64,000 nucleotides of DNA from Octopus sinensis (lineage: Eukaryota): assembly GCF_006345805.1 (NCBI RefSeq), contig NC_042997.1:81530001-81594000 (forward strand), written 5' to 3'. Shown here piece after piece: positions 51,048 to 63,737 of this stretch (its first letter is position 1; every line of letters starts with the position of its first letter). A model generated the notes under the pieces. That model did not search any database, was not told the origin of the DNA, and worked only from the letters and a program-made list of their open reading frames with translations. Made by a program: the position numbers and the translations under genes.

Positions 51048-51415
51048 CTGTCAAGATCTACCAAAAACTGAGCAAATATAAAGACCATGAAATAGAAATC
51101 AACAAAATGTGGAACCTGAAGACTAAAACAATACCTGTTGTCATAGGTACCCTGGGAATGATAGCAAAAGGTGCTGATTGCTACCTGACTCAGATACCAG
51201 GAAACCCCAAAATGGCAGAAATTCAAAAGATAGTGCTCATGGGAACTGCTCATATCCTATGCAAAATACTTTCTATGTAACCTCAAGTTTTAAAAGAAAC
51301 ATAATTTTCTTATGGTTTTTTAAACATTCACTAGTACAACACAAAGTACAAAACCAAATATGTGGCACCCTAGGCATAACACCAACATCAACTTCCAACT
51401 TGTTGTCTCTGAGTG
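51047..51415 (+). mobile_element. R4/Dong-type LINE, short 3' fragment (same type as 30-404)
   Basis: KYKDHEIEINKMWNLKTKTIPVVIGTLG...IQKIVLMGTAHIL. Confidence 0.8.
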
Positions 51416-51462
51416 AGACTTGGAGCCAACTTATATAAATGTAAAGCAAAAGTTAAACATAT

Positions 51463-51498
<36 letters not shown>

Positions 51499-51499
51499 A

Positions 51500-52255
51500 A
51501 TAATAGAGATAGAAACAGAAGCACTTATAAGTGCAGCACAAGAGCAAGCATTGAGGATAAACTATGTGAAGTGCAGAATTGATAAACAACTGAGAGTGAT
51601 AAATGCAGAATGTGTGGTGTGAGGGGTGGAACAGTGAGGCACATTGTTTGTGAATGCCTGAAATTGGCACAATGTAAATATGAAAGATATGACAATGTGG
51701 CAAGAATGATCCATTGAGAGCTCTGTGGAAATCATGGTCTAGAAAGATTAAAGGCATGGTATGACCAAATCCCAGAAGGAGTTACTGAGGATGAAGATTA
51801 CAAAATCCTGTGGGATGCAATGATCCTGTGTGATCATCAGCCTAGTCATCAGAAGCCTGACATTGTTGTGGTAAACAAAAAAGAAACAACTTGCAGAGTA
51901 AGTGACATAGCATGTCCCAGTGACAACAGGATCAAAGAGAAAGAAGAAAACTGAACAACTATGACAATCAGAAGTGGGAAAAGGGCAGGTTGTGAACAAT
52001 GAAGAAAGTGGACGTGGTAACAGTAGTGATTGGTGGGCTTGGAAGTATCACCACTCAGCTACCAGCATGGCTCTAAAAGATCGGTACAAATGTAAAGATA
52101 GAACACCTACAAAAATCATCATTGCATGGAACTGCAAGAGTTCTCTGCAGGGTTCTTGAAGCTTGGCCAGTAAACAAATGTCACCTTAGTCTGCTGACTG
52201 TGGGCTGCTGATACTTTCCGTCATACCTAGCAAAACAAGCTGAAAGCTTTCATGA

Positions 52256-52258
<3 letters not shown>
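51500..52258 (+). mobile_element. R4/Dong-type LINE 3' fragment (zinc finger plus RLE)
   Basis: IETEALISAAQEQALRINY...CRMCG...HIVCEC...HQKPDIVVV; (AAC/AAT)n flanks. Confidence 0.85.
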
Positions 52259-52317
<59 letters not shown>

Positions 52318-52318
<1 letters not shown>

Positions 52319-52490
52319 CCTTTCTACTATAGGTACAAATCCTGAACTTTATGGGGAGTGGGATGGTCGATTACATCAACCCCTCGACTCTAAAAGAATG
52401 AAAAGCAAATTTGACCTTGGTGGAATTTGAACTCAGAATATAGTGGCAGAAGAAATATTAGCCCGGTGTACTAATGATTCTGCCAGCTTT
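52318..52490 (-). mobile_element. SINE family a
   Basis: Reverse complement of the consensus, between (AAT)n and (TAT)n tracts. Confidence 0.75.
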
Positions 52491-52928
52491 ATCATTATTA
52501 TTATTATTATTATCATTATAATAATAATAATGATAATAATTACAATTAAAATAATAATAATCTTACACATAATAAAATGGAATGTGTGTCCTGTTGGTCA
52601 TGCTAGAGGAAAAGAAAAGTAAGACAACAAAAGAATTGGAAGTGGGTGACAGTCAGACACTGAAAGGCAGGTGAGCAGCATTGAAAGGTTTTGCTTTGAA
52701 GATGCTGATATCTTAATAAATATAAAACTGCAAATTTTTATCCTAAATTGTATTTACTTCATCAGTTTCATGTACGTGCTCACTCACACACACACAGACA
52801 TGAACATGCACACAGACACACATACACACACACAAACATATATATGAAATTAAATATTAAACACTTTTGTTTTCAAAATATCATTCACGTAACATATATA
52901 AATGTTAACAATAATATATATATATATA

Positions 52929-53323
52929 CTAGTAGTATCGCCCGGCGTTGCTCGGGTTTGTAAGGGAAATAACTATATAAGCATTTTTAGAGAGTTATAG
53001 CCAAAAAATAGCAAAAAAATGCATTAAAAATTGAAAAAAAATTAAGGTAAATTTTTTTTAAATCGTTGACACATCGTAGATATTTTTAGAGAGTTACTTC
53101 CCTTATATAAAAGCGAAAAAAATGCATTAAAATGGAAAAATATGATGGTAAATTTTTTTTAAATCGTAGACTCATCGTAGACGCGCGCTAATACCCAGAA
53201 GGGCTCGATATGAATCACGACTATAAGATACCCGCTTTTGGTTAAACTGCACCGCAAAATGTGGGAGTAGTTACGAATCTAAATCGAAGGGGACAGACAC
53301 ACAACTTCACTCTTATATAAAGA
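52929..53323 (-). mobile_element. Helitron family A
   Basis: CTAG at 52929-52932, cgcccggcgttgctcggg hairpin, 5' TC at 53322-53323 on the - strand, AT target. Confidence 0.9.
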
Positions 53324-54185
53324 TGCTTTTTTTTTCAGTGATAGAGTTAGATTTATGAAGGTCTTCAGTAGAAAATCCTTCGAATTCTGACTCGCTGCTT
53401 GATATAATGAAATTCGTATCCATTTTTTGTCAGAATTACAAATTTTGAAAACACAATAGGAACAAATTTCGGAAAAAAATCTCCCATAATTCACGGAATT
53501 AAAATTACACTTCGATTTTTGTACAAAACTGTATTTGAAGTGTTTACGAAGTATAATACGTGTTTTCACGAATGTACTAAAGAGATTTACTCTGATATTC
53601 TCATTTAAATATGAATAGGTAAATTCGGGCGGTTTGGTAACGAAAGGGTTTATATAAGTGTCGTCTGTTTATACATAAACACTGTTATTTAAATATGAAT
53701 AGGTAAATTCGGGCGGTTTGGTAATGAAAGGGTTTATATAAGTGTCGTCTGTTTATACATAAACACTGTTTCATACTTTCAGTTTAGTCTTCCTCAAATC
53801 ACTCTGTCGCTAATTTACTCTCTTCCAAGAACATTTTCACTCACTCTTATCTGTTAGCTTCCCATACATTTTACTCATGTATCTATCAGCGTGATAGAGA
53901 GAAACAAATATTACATCTAGTTTCACTTTATTCGTTGCCCACTGTGTGTGTGCGTTTGCGTGTGGTGTAAACCAGACTAAGAAAAGCATTTGACACACAC
54001 ACCAGAATGTGAGTTTTCTGTAAATTTTGCTTAATTGGAGTTTAAATTTTAAAAACTGGACCTGGCATGACGCGATGCATTGTACTCTTAAAACTGCTAG
54101 GTAAATTGTAATTGAAGAAATCCTATATTGTAGATTTGTATAACTCCCAAAGGGAGGCAGATAAAATCTGCCTTTTATAATAAGA
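53324..54185 (-). mobile_element. Helitron-like family B (5' TCTTATTATAAAAGGCAG module plus variable interior; no own 3' CTAG seen)
   Basis: 53786-54185 is the reverse complement of 55218-55620; shares a module (agtatgaaacagtgtttatgtataaacagacgacacttatata) with 58516-58558. Confidence 0.65.
53603..53770. repeat. 84-bp tandem duplication
   Basis: Units start at 53603 and 53687; one mismatch. Confidence 0.9.
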
Positions 54186-54579
54186 CTAGCAGTATCGCCC
54201 GGCGTTGCTCGGGTTTGTAAGGGAAATAATTATATAAGCATTTTTAGAGATGTAAAGTATAATAGCCATCTCAATATGGCTAACCACAAAGGGGGAGGGG
54301 TGTTACTGTAGCTTTTTACGTTCTGAGATTTAATAATAAATTTTAGAGAGTTACTTCCCTTATATATGTCAAAAATGGATTAAAAATGGGAAAAATTGAT
54401 GGTAATTTTTTTTTAAATCGTAGACTCATCGTAGACGCGCGCTAATACCCAGACGGTCTCGATATGAATCACGACTATAAGATACCCGCTTTTGGTTAAA
54501 CTGCACCGCAAAATGTGGGAGTAGTTAGGAATCTAAATCGTAGGAGACAGACACACAACCTCACTTTTATATATAAAGA
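54186..54579 (-). mobile_element. Helitron family A
   Basis: CTAG at 54186-54189 plus hairpin; 5' TC at 54578-54579. Confidence 0.9.
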
Positions 54580-54741
54580 TTTCCTCTATTTACATAATAT
54601 TGAGGTCTCTTTCTTTCTTTTGTTATCTTACTGTTTTTACCAATATACATATATATATATATATAAATATATATATAGTTACAGAGATGTACTTGCATAG
54701 CAAGTGACTTGATCTGAGATCGTGTGCTGGAACGAAAACAG

Positions 54742-55000
54742 TTGCAGCGTTGAAGGTGTTTATAAGCCATTTAAGAAACACACAAAAACCGTTAGATTCA
54801 CTTCAACATTTAAATTAAATTTGTCAAAATATTTTCGTCGCTTTGAGACCGCGACCTGTTAGCACAATATTTTTGTCAGTGAACAGGTCGCGGTCTCAAA
54901 GCGACGAAAATATTTTGGCAAATTAAATTTAAATGTTGAAGTGAATGTAACGGTTTTTGTGTGTTTCTTAAATGGCTTACAAACACCTTCCACGCTGCAA
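54742..55000. repeat. Palindrome: 119-bp arms, 21-bp loop
   Basis: 54742-54860 versus 54882-55000; about 5 mismatches. Confidence 0.9.
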
Positions 55001-55176
55001 TATATATATACACATATATATATATATGTATGTATGTATGTGTGTATATGTGTATGCATGTATGTGTGTGTGTGTGCGTGTCTGTGCTTGTGATTGTCCT
55101 CCACCACTGCTTGACAACGAATGTTGGTTTGTTTACATCCCTGTCACCTAGTGGTTTGACAAAGGAAACAGATATA

Positions 55177-55217
<41 letters not shown>

Positions 55218-55220
<3 letters not shown>

Positions 55221-55620
55221 TATTATAAAAGGCAGATTTTTATCTGCCTCCCTTTGGGAGTTATACAAATCTACAATATAGGATTTCTTCAATTACAATT
55301 TACCTAGCAGTTTTAAGAGTACAATGCATCGCGTCATGCCAGGTCCAGTTTTTAAAATTTAAACTCCAATTAAGCAAAATTTACAGAAAACTCACATTCT
55401 GGTATGTGTGTCAAATGCTTTTCTTAGTTTGGTTTACACCACACGCAAACGCACACACACAGTGGGCAACGAATAAAGTGAAACTAGATGTAATATTTGT
55501 TTCTCTCTATCACGCTGATAGATACATGAGTAAAATGTATGGGAAGCTAACACATAAGAGTGAGTGAAAATGTTCTTGGAAGAGAGTAAATTAGCGACAG
55601 AGAGTGATTTGAGGAGGACT
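55218..55620 (+). mobile_element. Helitron-like family B, 5' module
   Basis: (AT)nA|TCttattataaaaggcag; near-identical to 53786-54185 inverted. Confidence 0.7.
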
Positions 55621-55670
55621 TTACATTAAATAACCGTAGTGGCTTGTGTTAGTAATAAAGTAAACATACA

Positions 55671-56130
55671 CTCATACATACATACATACATACATACATA
55701 CATACATACATACATACACACACATACATACACACACACACATACATACACACACACATACATACATACACACATACATACATACATATACATACATACA
55801 TACATATACATACATACATACACACACACACATACACACACACACAGTATTGAAGCTTGAGAACAATCAGATACATTTGCAACACATCTGTTGAAAATAT
55901 TATTGTTCACACACATACATATACATATATACATACAGACAGACAGACAGACAGATAGACACACACACACACACACCACACACACACACACACATGATCC
56001 AGCATGGCCACAACCTCAAGGCTGAAACATATAAAAGAATAACAGAATATAAATGTGTGCATGTGTGTGAGAGAGAGAGTGTGTGTGTATATGTATGTAT
56101 GTATGTATGTATGTAATGTATATATATATA
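55671..56130. repeat. Compound (TACA)n/(CA)n/(CAGA)n/(TATG)n microsatellites
   Basis: Direct reading. Confidence 0.95.
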
Positions 56131-56730
56131 ATAATGCGGTTTTTTCAACAGCTTGAACTAAAAGTCAGAGGGGAATGGGATAAACCACTTATATTAACTT
56201 GCTATAAAAGCAGGTAGTAATTTTATCTTGTCCTTATTCATAGTGCAAGTTTTGAAGAGTGCATTTCGATTTTAACAGCTATTTTTTTCAAAGCTATATT
56301 GGAAGTAACAAAGGAGCATATTTGGCATATTTTGCTTTATGAGTTCAATAAAGACAACAACGCAACGGAAAGTACAAGAAATATTAATGCAGTATATGGG
56401 GATTGGACAATAAGCGTAAGGCAGTGTCAATGGTGGTTCCAGAAATTCCGAGCCATAAACTACAGCCTAGAAGACGAGCCTCATCCTGAAAGATCTGTAG
56501 AACTCGACAAGGACATCCTGAAAACCCTGGCGGAACAAAATCTCATCGTAACTGTTGAGGAACTAGCAGAGAAGCTTGGATTTGGTCATTCAACCATTCA
56601 TTGAGACCTGTGTGCTATCGGAAAAGTCAGCAAATTGGGTCAATGGGTTCCTCACGAACTTTCCGAGTCTAATTGCATGCAGAGAGTGAATGTATGCTTT
56701 TCTTTGCTGTCACATCTCACCACTACTGCG
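56130..56730 (+). mobile_element. Mariner 5' fragment, cut at the Helitron insertion
   Basis: ORF 56299-56604 (HILLYEFNK...QCQWWFQKFR HTH) followed by LGQWVPHEL. Confidence 0.85.
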
Positions 56731-56739
56731 CTATGTATA

Positions 56740-57377
56740 TCTATATATATAAAACTGTAGTTGTGTGAGTGTCTGTCCCCTTCGATTTAGATTCCTAACT
56801 ACTCCCACATTTTGCGGTGCAGTTTAACCAAATTCGGGTAGCTTATAGTCGTGATTCATATCGAGCCCGTCTGAGTATTAGCGCGCGTCTACGATGAGTC
56901 TATGATTTTAAAAATAATTTAACATAATTTTTTATTCCATTTTAATGCATAATTTTTCGTGTGTCGATGGCGGCGGAGTTGGCGTCCACGCTCACACCTG
57001 CACCTGTGGGGAAGGGAGTGTAAGGAAATCAACGTCGTAATGCGTTGTCAAGGAGACCAGCGTTCTTTTAGAATAACGACTTCATGGCTTGAAGACACCA
57101 AAACAGAAATGGCTAAGAAAGCGTCTACGATGAGTCTACGATTTAAAAAAAAAATTACCATCGTTTTTTTTCCATTTTAATGCATTTTTTCGCTATTATA
57201 TAAGGGAAGTAACTCTCTAAAAATGTCTACGATGAGTCAACGATTTAAAAAAAAAATTTACCATCATATTATTTCCATTTTAATGCATTTTTGGCTATTT
57301 TTTGGCTATAACTCTCTAAAAATGCTTATATAGTTATTTCCCTTACAAACCCGAGCAACGCCGGGCGATACTGCTAG
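56740..57377 (+). mobile_element. Helitron family A (GC-insert subtype, extra internal repeats)
   Basis: A|TCtatatatataaaac ... cccgagcaacgccgggcgatactgCTAG. Confidence 0.9.
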
Positions 57378-58699
57378 TCTCTTATTATAAAAGGCAGATT
57401 TTATCTGCCTCCCTTTGTCTCTTATAGAAATCTACAATATAGGATTTCTTCAATTACAATTTACCTAGCATTTTTAAGAGTAGAATAAATCGGGTCGTGC
57501 CAGGTCCAGTTTTTAAAATTTAAACCCCAATTAAGCAAAATTTAGAGAAAACTCACATTGTGGTGTGTAAGTCAAGTGCTTTTCTTAGTGTGGGCTACAG
57601 CACACGCACACACACACACACAAAAACGGAGCGATCTGCTTCACTCACGCTATCACCCTAATTTCTACTCCTTTCTCTTTGCAAGTGTGCAATGATTAAA
57701 GTGAAACTATTTCTATAAAACGAGAGAAGTGTACCTTAAACCACTACTCAAAAAAAAAAAACAGCAAACAGAAACAAATAAATACATAACGATTTACTCC
57801 TCACACAATTTCTTCAATTAGAGTTTACCTATGATTTTTCAAAGTACTTTCATTCGGTCATGCCATACAAAATTTCTTTCAATTTCACCCCCAATTAAGA
57901 CAAAATTCGAGAAAACTCAATATTTTAACATTTCACTCCGAAAGCATTGATGTACATGTGTGCGTGTGTGAGTGTGTGTGTGTGTGTGTTTGATGGGATG
58001 TGCGACACAGAAAGTGTGGTGTGTAAGTGAAGTGCTTTTGTTAGTGTGTGTAAAGAGACAGAGAGAGTACACATACCTACGTACACCTAAAGCACACACA
58101 CACACACACACACACAAGCAGAGCGCGAACTTCAAAAGAAATTCGCGCGCTATCTATCTGGTTTGCCATTCCTCACACACACGCATACACATACATATAT
58201 GACAGTGACAAGCACAAACGTTTCAAACAACTACATACAAATACGTGTGTGTTTGTTATTAGTAAAAAAGGCGCTAAACACAACTCACTTCTCATTCGAA
58301 CACATTTGCAAAAACACACCGACGGTCGGATTGCCATAACAATACAGAAAAGGTAAATTGGTTTTTAATTTACTTTCTGTCGTTAAATTTTGGTAGTATT
58401 AATTGGCGAGCCGAGCTTCTTTCAGTATATATTTATACATACATAAATATATACACATATTCTGTATATATTTTATTATATAATATTATATATAGATATA
58501 TGTATATATAATTGCAGTATGAAACAGTGTTTATGTATAAACAGACGACACTTATATATAGTTATTAATAAATGTATGCATCCGTTTAAAAGAAAAACCA
58601 AAAAATATTTTATTCTTTATAAATGTTGTGTTCAAAATAACATTTTCTTTTAAGAATGTGTATATAACAAAGTATGTGTATATAACTACGTGGCTTATA
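57378..58699 (+). mobile_element. Helitron-like family B, long diverged copy
   Basis: Starts TCtcttattataaaaggcag directly after the family A CTAG; internal diverged repeat ~57780-57930; shared module at 58516-58558. Confidence 0.6.
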
Positions 58700-59098
58700 T
58701 CTTTATATATAAAAGTGAAGTTGTGTGTCTGTCTCCTACGATTTAGATTCCTAACTACTCCCACATTTTGCGGTGCAGTTTAACCAAAAGCGGGTATCTT
58801 ATAGTCGTGATTCATATCGAACCCTTCTGGGTATTAGCGTGCGTCTACGATGAGTCTACGATTTTAAAAAAATTTACCATCATATTTTTCCATTTTAATG
58901 CATTTTTTTCGCTATTATATAAGGGAAGTAACTCTCTAAAAATATCTACGATGTGTCAACGATTTAAAAAAAAAATTTACCTTAATTTTTTTTCCATTTT
59001 TAATGCATTTTTTTGCTATTTTTTGGCTATAACTCTCTAAAAATGCTTATATAGTTATTTCCCTTACAAACCCGAGCAACGCCGGGCGATACTGCTAG
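58700..59098 (+). mobile_element. Helitron family A
   Basis: A|TCtttatatataaaagtgaag ... gccgggcgatactgCTAG|T. Confidence 0.9.
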
Positions 59099-59148
<50 letters not shown>

Positions 59149-59171
59149 TGTATATATATATATATATATAT

Positions 59172-59245
59172 AATCGTGTTTCTCTATTTAATTTATTATA
59201 TATATGTGTGTGTGTATATATGCACTCATATATATATATATACAT

Positions 59246-59332
<87 letters not shown>

Positions 59333-59447
59333 TGCATATATACACACACACATATATATATATAATAAATTAAATAGAGAAACACGATTGACAATCTAAC
59401 AATTTATTACATTATAATATATAATGTAACAAATTGTTAGATTGTCA
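59172..59447. repeat. Two overlapping palindromes (59172-59389 and 59387-59447)
   Basis: aatcgtgtttctctatttaatt...aattaaatagagaaacacgatt; attgacaatctaacaattt...aaattgttagattgtcaat. Confidence 0.9.
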
Positions 59448-60029
59448 ATTGCATATCTCTATTTAATCTGTTACTTGTAATTTGTATTTATACCCCTACT
59501 TCTGTGGTATTTAACTGCCATACCAGTGAATTAGATGTTTTACACCCCTTTGAAGGAATCATTTTTCCTTCCTTTGTTACATATATATAGTCAATTTGAG
59601 GATATTAGGTCCTCATTAGGGATTAAATAATCCAAACATTTCACTGGTTAATCACTATTATATAAGGATTATATATATAGGGATTATTATAGTAATGCAT
59701 GTTGTTAATTATGAAAGAAAGAAAATAGAGAATTATGGATGTATAAATAATTTATTTGTATGATATAATGAGGTTGAAAGTTTTTTTGTAAAAACAATAC
59801 AAATAAGTTATGAATTATAAAGCTCTAAAAGAAATGGAAGATGCCAAAAACCTATATATAGATTTTGATTCATGCCCCTAGGTGATTCATAATTCTAAAC
59901 ATTTGGGTAGGATCATATGCTAAGATTTGGTCATTATTTTCAACTATATGGGGGAGAATCTCATCAGGGCTTTATGAACTTATGCAATAAAAGTTAACAT
60001 ATTTCTTGAAAGGATGCAGATGAGTAATT

Positions 60030-60620
60030 TGTCCACATCCTTTCAAGAAATTGTGTAGACTCTTAATGTATGAGGTGAGCAGAAATGAATGTGTGCAGAA
60101 GAATTAAGTGTGTGGGTGGCTGGAGGTTGTAGGGAGAGTGAGAGACGAGGAATGGATTGAGACAGAGAATATAATGAATGAAGTATTAAGTGGATGATAT
60201 GTGGTGTGTGGTGGGAGGGTTTAAGAAAAGTAACTGACAACTATAGAGTTTGGGAAAGGGTGTAGGGTGGATGTAGTGAATGATGTGTAAGAAGGAGTAA
60301 CCAGAGATGCATGGGAGTGAAAAGCAGCAGAATAGTAATGATGATACTGTAGACAGAAGGCTGAGAGAAGGAAAAAGATGACATGTCGTTGGGTAGATTG
60401 CAAGAATGTGCAAAAAGAGGCAAGTATATTGTGTGGGGAGATTGAGAGATGTTTGGTGACAGAAAAAGGAAGATGATTTTGTACTGTTGGAGGGATGGAG
60501 AGAGAGCAATGGATAATGTGGATGGAGAGAACAGTATTAAGGACAAGGAATGGACATCAAGTAAAATGATTCAGAGTAGTGAGAAAAATTAGTGATATCA
60601 AGGAAAAACTGTAGTTAGAG
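60030..60620 (-). mobile_element. Probable old L2/CR1-group LINE 3' relic
   Basis: Strong purine skew on + and a degenerate translation reminiscent of LINE C-termini; weak. Confidence 0.3.
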
Positions 60621-60769
60621 AGATGAAGGGTGCAGGTGGTGTTCTGATGAGAAAATTTGAGCAAAGGACCTAGTTGTGAATACACACACACACACACAGC
60701 ACTTCCAGAACTTAGTTTTACTGAGTTGGGTGGGTTTTCTTGAGATCTGCTTATCACCAGTCTCCTTGC

Positions 60770-63180
60770 CCCCTTGTCATCAAGGTTCTGAAATCAGGTC
60801 CCATGTCTTCCTGCACTTCCCTCTTCTGCAAGCTCCATCAACATTAAGTGATTAGTAGTTCTTTATATGGCTATCCTCATCCACATGCATCACATGACCA
60901 TACCAGCAGTCTTCTTTCTTGCACATAACATCTGATTCTTCTTTTTCTCTCAGCACATTTGTACTATGTAATGTATGCACACTTACATTGCACATGCAAC
61001 AGAATATGCTTACTTCATTTCTTTCCAATTTTCTCGAGAACTCTGCATTTACGGCTCATGTCTTAAAACAATTCAGCATTGCATTTCTATAGGAATCCCC
61101 ATGGGCATCCGGTCATAAAGTCTGCTGGTCACTCGGAGGGGAAATAAAACCTATGTTGCCAGTGCTGGTGGGAGCTCCCTAATCTTTTTTCAGCATGTTC
61201 TTACTCTGATTACAATACTCTTAGAATAACCACCTCCCCTGCTAATTATATCTCCTAGGTAACAAAAACTATTGACTAATGAGCCATTCTTGCATTTAAG
61301 AGAGTGTATTTCTGATGTGCTTATAGTATGCACTGCTCCAGTGCATCTGTTATATACGATGCTTACTTTTTCTATTAGCCTGACTGTGATTCCTCTACAC
61401 TGTCAGTGTGTTCATAGCTTACAGTGGGTTCAGTGTGTGGAGTTTATATCTACTCCTTTCTTGCATATTGAGCAAGGCCATTTCTCTGAAGACACCAGAA
61501 TCTTGTCTTTTTTACTTACTAAAATCTTAGTGTTTGCTAAGTTACCTTGAGGCCTCTCAATTTTAGGTTTAGCTTCCAAGCCAGGAATTTCCTCTGTAAT
61601 CCTCTATGAAAACTAGATCATCAGTATATAGGAATCCCCATAGGCATTCAGTCTTAATCTCTGTGCTGTTCTGTTTAATTATGACAAATAAGAGATAACA
61701 GAGGAGTGAACTTTGATGGACTCCTACCTTCATACTAAATTCATCACTTAAATTATTGATTCCCATTTTACTTACTACACCTTCGTATATAGCTTGTACT
61801 GCCTTCACAAGCCATTCAGCTACACCTAGTTTCCTCGGTGACCATGAAATTACTGAATGTGATACCCGGTCAACCACTTTTCCCAAATCAATGAAAGTCA
61901 GGAAGTGTGGTTTATTCTTAGCCATGTTTTTCTCCGGTAGTTGTCTCACTAGAAGGACTTTTATTTTGTACCTCTTTGGGGCATGAAGCTAAACTGCATC
62001 TCATCTAGATCTAGTCTGTCATGGACTAATTGTGATCCTCATGATTTGATCAAGTACTTTGAGTCCTCTAAAGCTGCTTCTCTCTAAGGCATCTCCTTTG
62101 CCTTTGCAGATGTCTGTGATAACATTGCAATACCAGTCATTTGGCATACTTTCCTGCATAACTTGGTTAACTATCCGAGTTGTGGTCATATATCCTACCT
62201 CATTAGATATTTTAAGCATCTCTGCAACTACCCACAGCTTTGTCTTCATGTCCCTGACTGCTTTATCTACCTAGCTACTGCCAACTTGAATTGTTGGTTC
62301 CTCTGTAGGTTCAGAATAAAGTAGATCCTTTTATCCCATGAATTCTCCATATCTAACAACCTCTCATAATAGCATCTCCAAGTCACTTCCATATCAATGG
62401 TGAGCATGCCTTCATTTAAAATACATTTCTCAGTTCTCTCTCACTTCCTTTTTGTTTCACTCTTAGCTTAAATATTTCTGTCACCTAGCAGCTCTTCTAG
62501 CCATTTGATAATGCTTCACACTTCCACTTCCCTTGTTTCTTAACCTTTGCTATCCTATTATCATGTCATTTCCCTACCACATTACTTTCAGTTTGTCCAG
62601 GACTTTGCCTCAGCTGCATGTCTGATCCATTGGACTAAGCAGGTTATTTCATAGAAATTCCCAGTTGTCATCTATACTAAAGGTGTCTAGATCTTTCCCC
62701 CAACAGTCACATGTGTCAATTACAATTTTTCTAAACTTATTCCCAGCAATAAGATCTTTTAGTTTCCATATCCTCTTTCTCTCTTTTGTCTTCTGTTTCT
62801 GTGTAGTTTTGACCCTGATGTCACTAACCATTACTCTATGTTGTGTAGTACATTCTTCACCAGCAAAGATTTTGGTATTTACAGTAACACTTTTGTCTCA
62901 TTTTTTGGTAAGAATGTAATCTATCTGACTGGTGTGTTTGCCAGATTGGTAGGTAACTAAGTTGTTGGCTGGTTTCTTAAAGCATGAGCTGCAAATTGTT
63001 AGATCAGTTGCATTACAGAACTGCAGAAGCCTTACACTCTTGTCATTTTTTAAAAACCATATCCATTACTTTCATATATGTCATGGAAGCCATCATCACA
63101 TGGATTAACATGTCCATTGAAGTCATCAGCCTCAAGAATGATCTAATTAGCTAAATGACTATCTAAAGATAGTCTACTGA
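60770..63180 (-). mobile_element. Degenerate RTE-clade LINE (AP endonuclease plus RT)
   Basis: DDFNGHV-like EN motif ~63110, ITYQSG...QIDYIL ~62930; KGKGDALERSSFRGLKVLDQIM; FIDLGKVVDRV; FLYTDDLV. Confidence 0.82.
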
Positions 63181-63737
63181 TGTTTCCAACAGCTCAGCAA
63201 GAATCCCTGGAAATTAAAGAAAATTACAGGACATTTTGGTTGCAGTTGCCAAGGAACTGAAAGAAAATAAAAGAGGTACATTTAATTAATTAGTTTATGC
63301 TAGAAATCTATTTCCAATGATACACATATACACTTATTTGTCTAGTGGCAGCTGAAGCTATCCACTGCTACTACTCTGAATTTTGTGTTCAACAATCTAC
63401 TATATGACAAACAATGATTTAACACTATAATGGCACCATTTGACAATCTTTTAGTTTATTTTTTGGTTAATTTTCTGGCTGTTGTAGGTCTCATGGTAGA
63501 GGGTCATTAATTTATGATGTTCTTTAGTCTAATGAGAATAATGACACTCTGCTATCAACATGCTCTTTGCCTAAGGTGTTAGCTAGTTTGTAACTTAAAC
63601 AAATTAACTGATGTGAATTAGGAATCTGTTTTCATGTCTACATTTGGATATCACTTGTTTTCATTACCCAAAATGCTCAGCAAGTATTGACTAGAGTCAA
63701 TAATACATGGGTGAATAATTTTTATTGTACTCTAACA

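Noticed and set aside
55626-56148. Cys/Val/Tyr/His-rich ORFs (also 54859-55292 and 59027-59399)
   Set aside because: Translations of di- and tetranucleotide microsatellites.
59915-59970. Minus-strand CTGATGA...GAAA motif
   Set aside because: Stems II, III and I do not pair.
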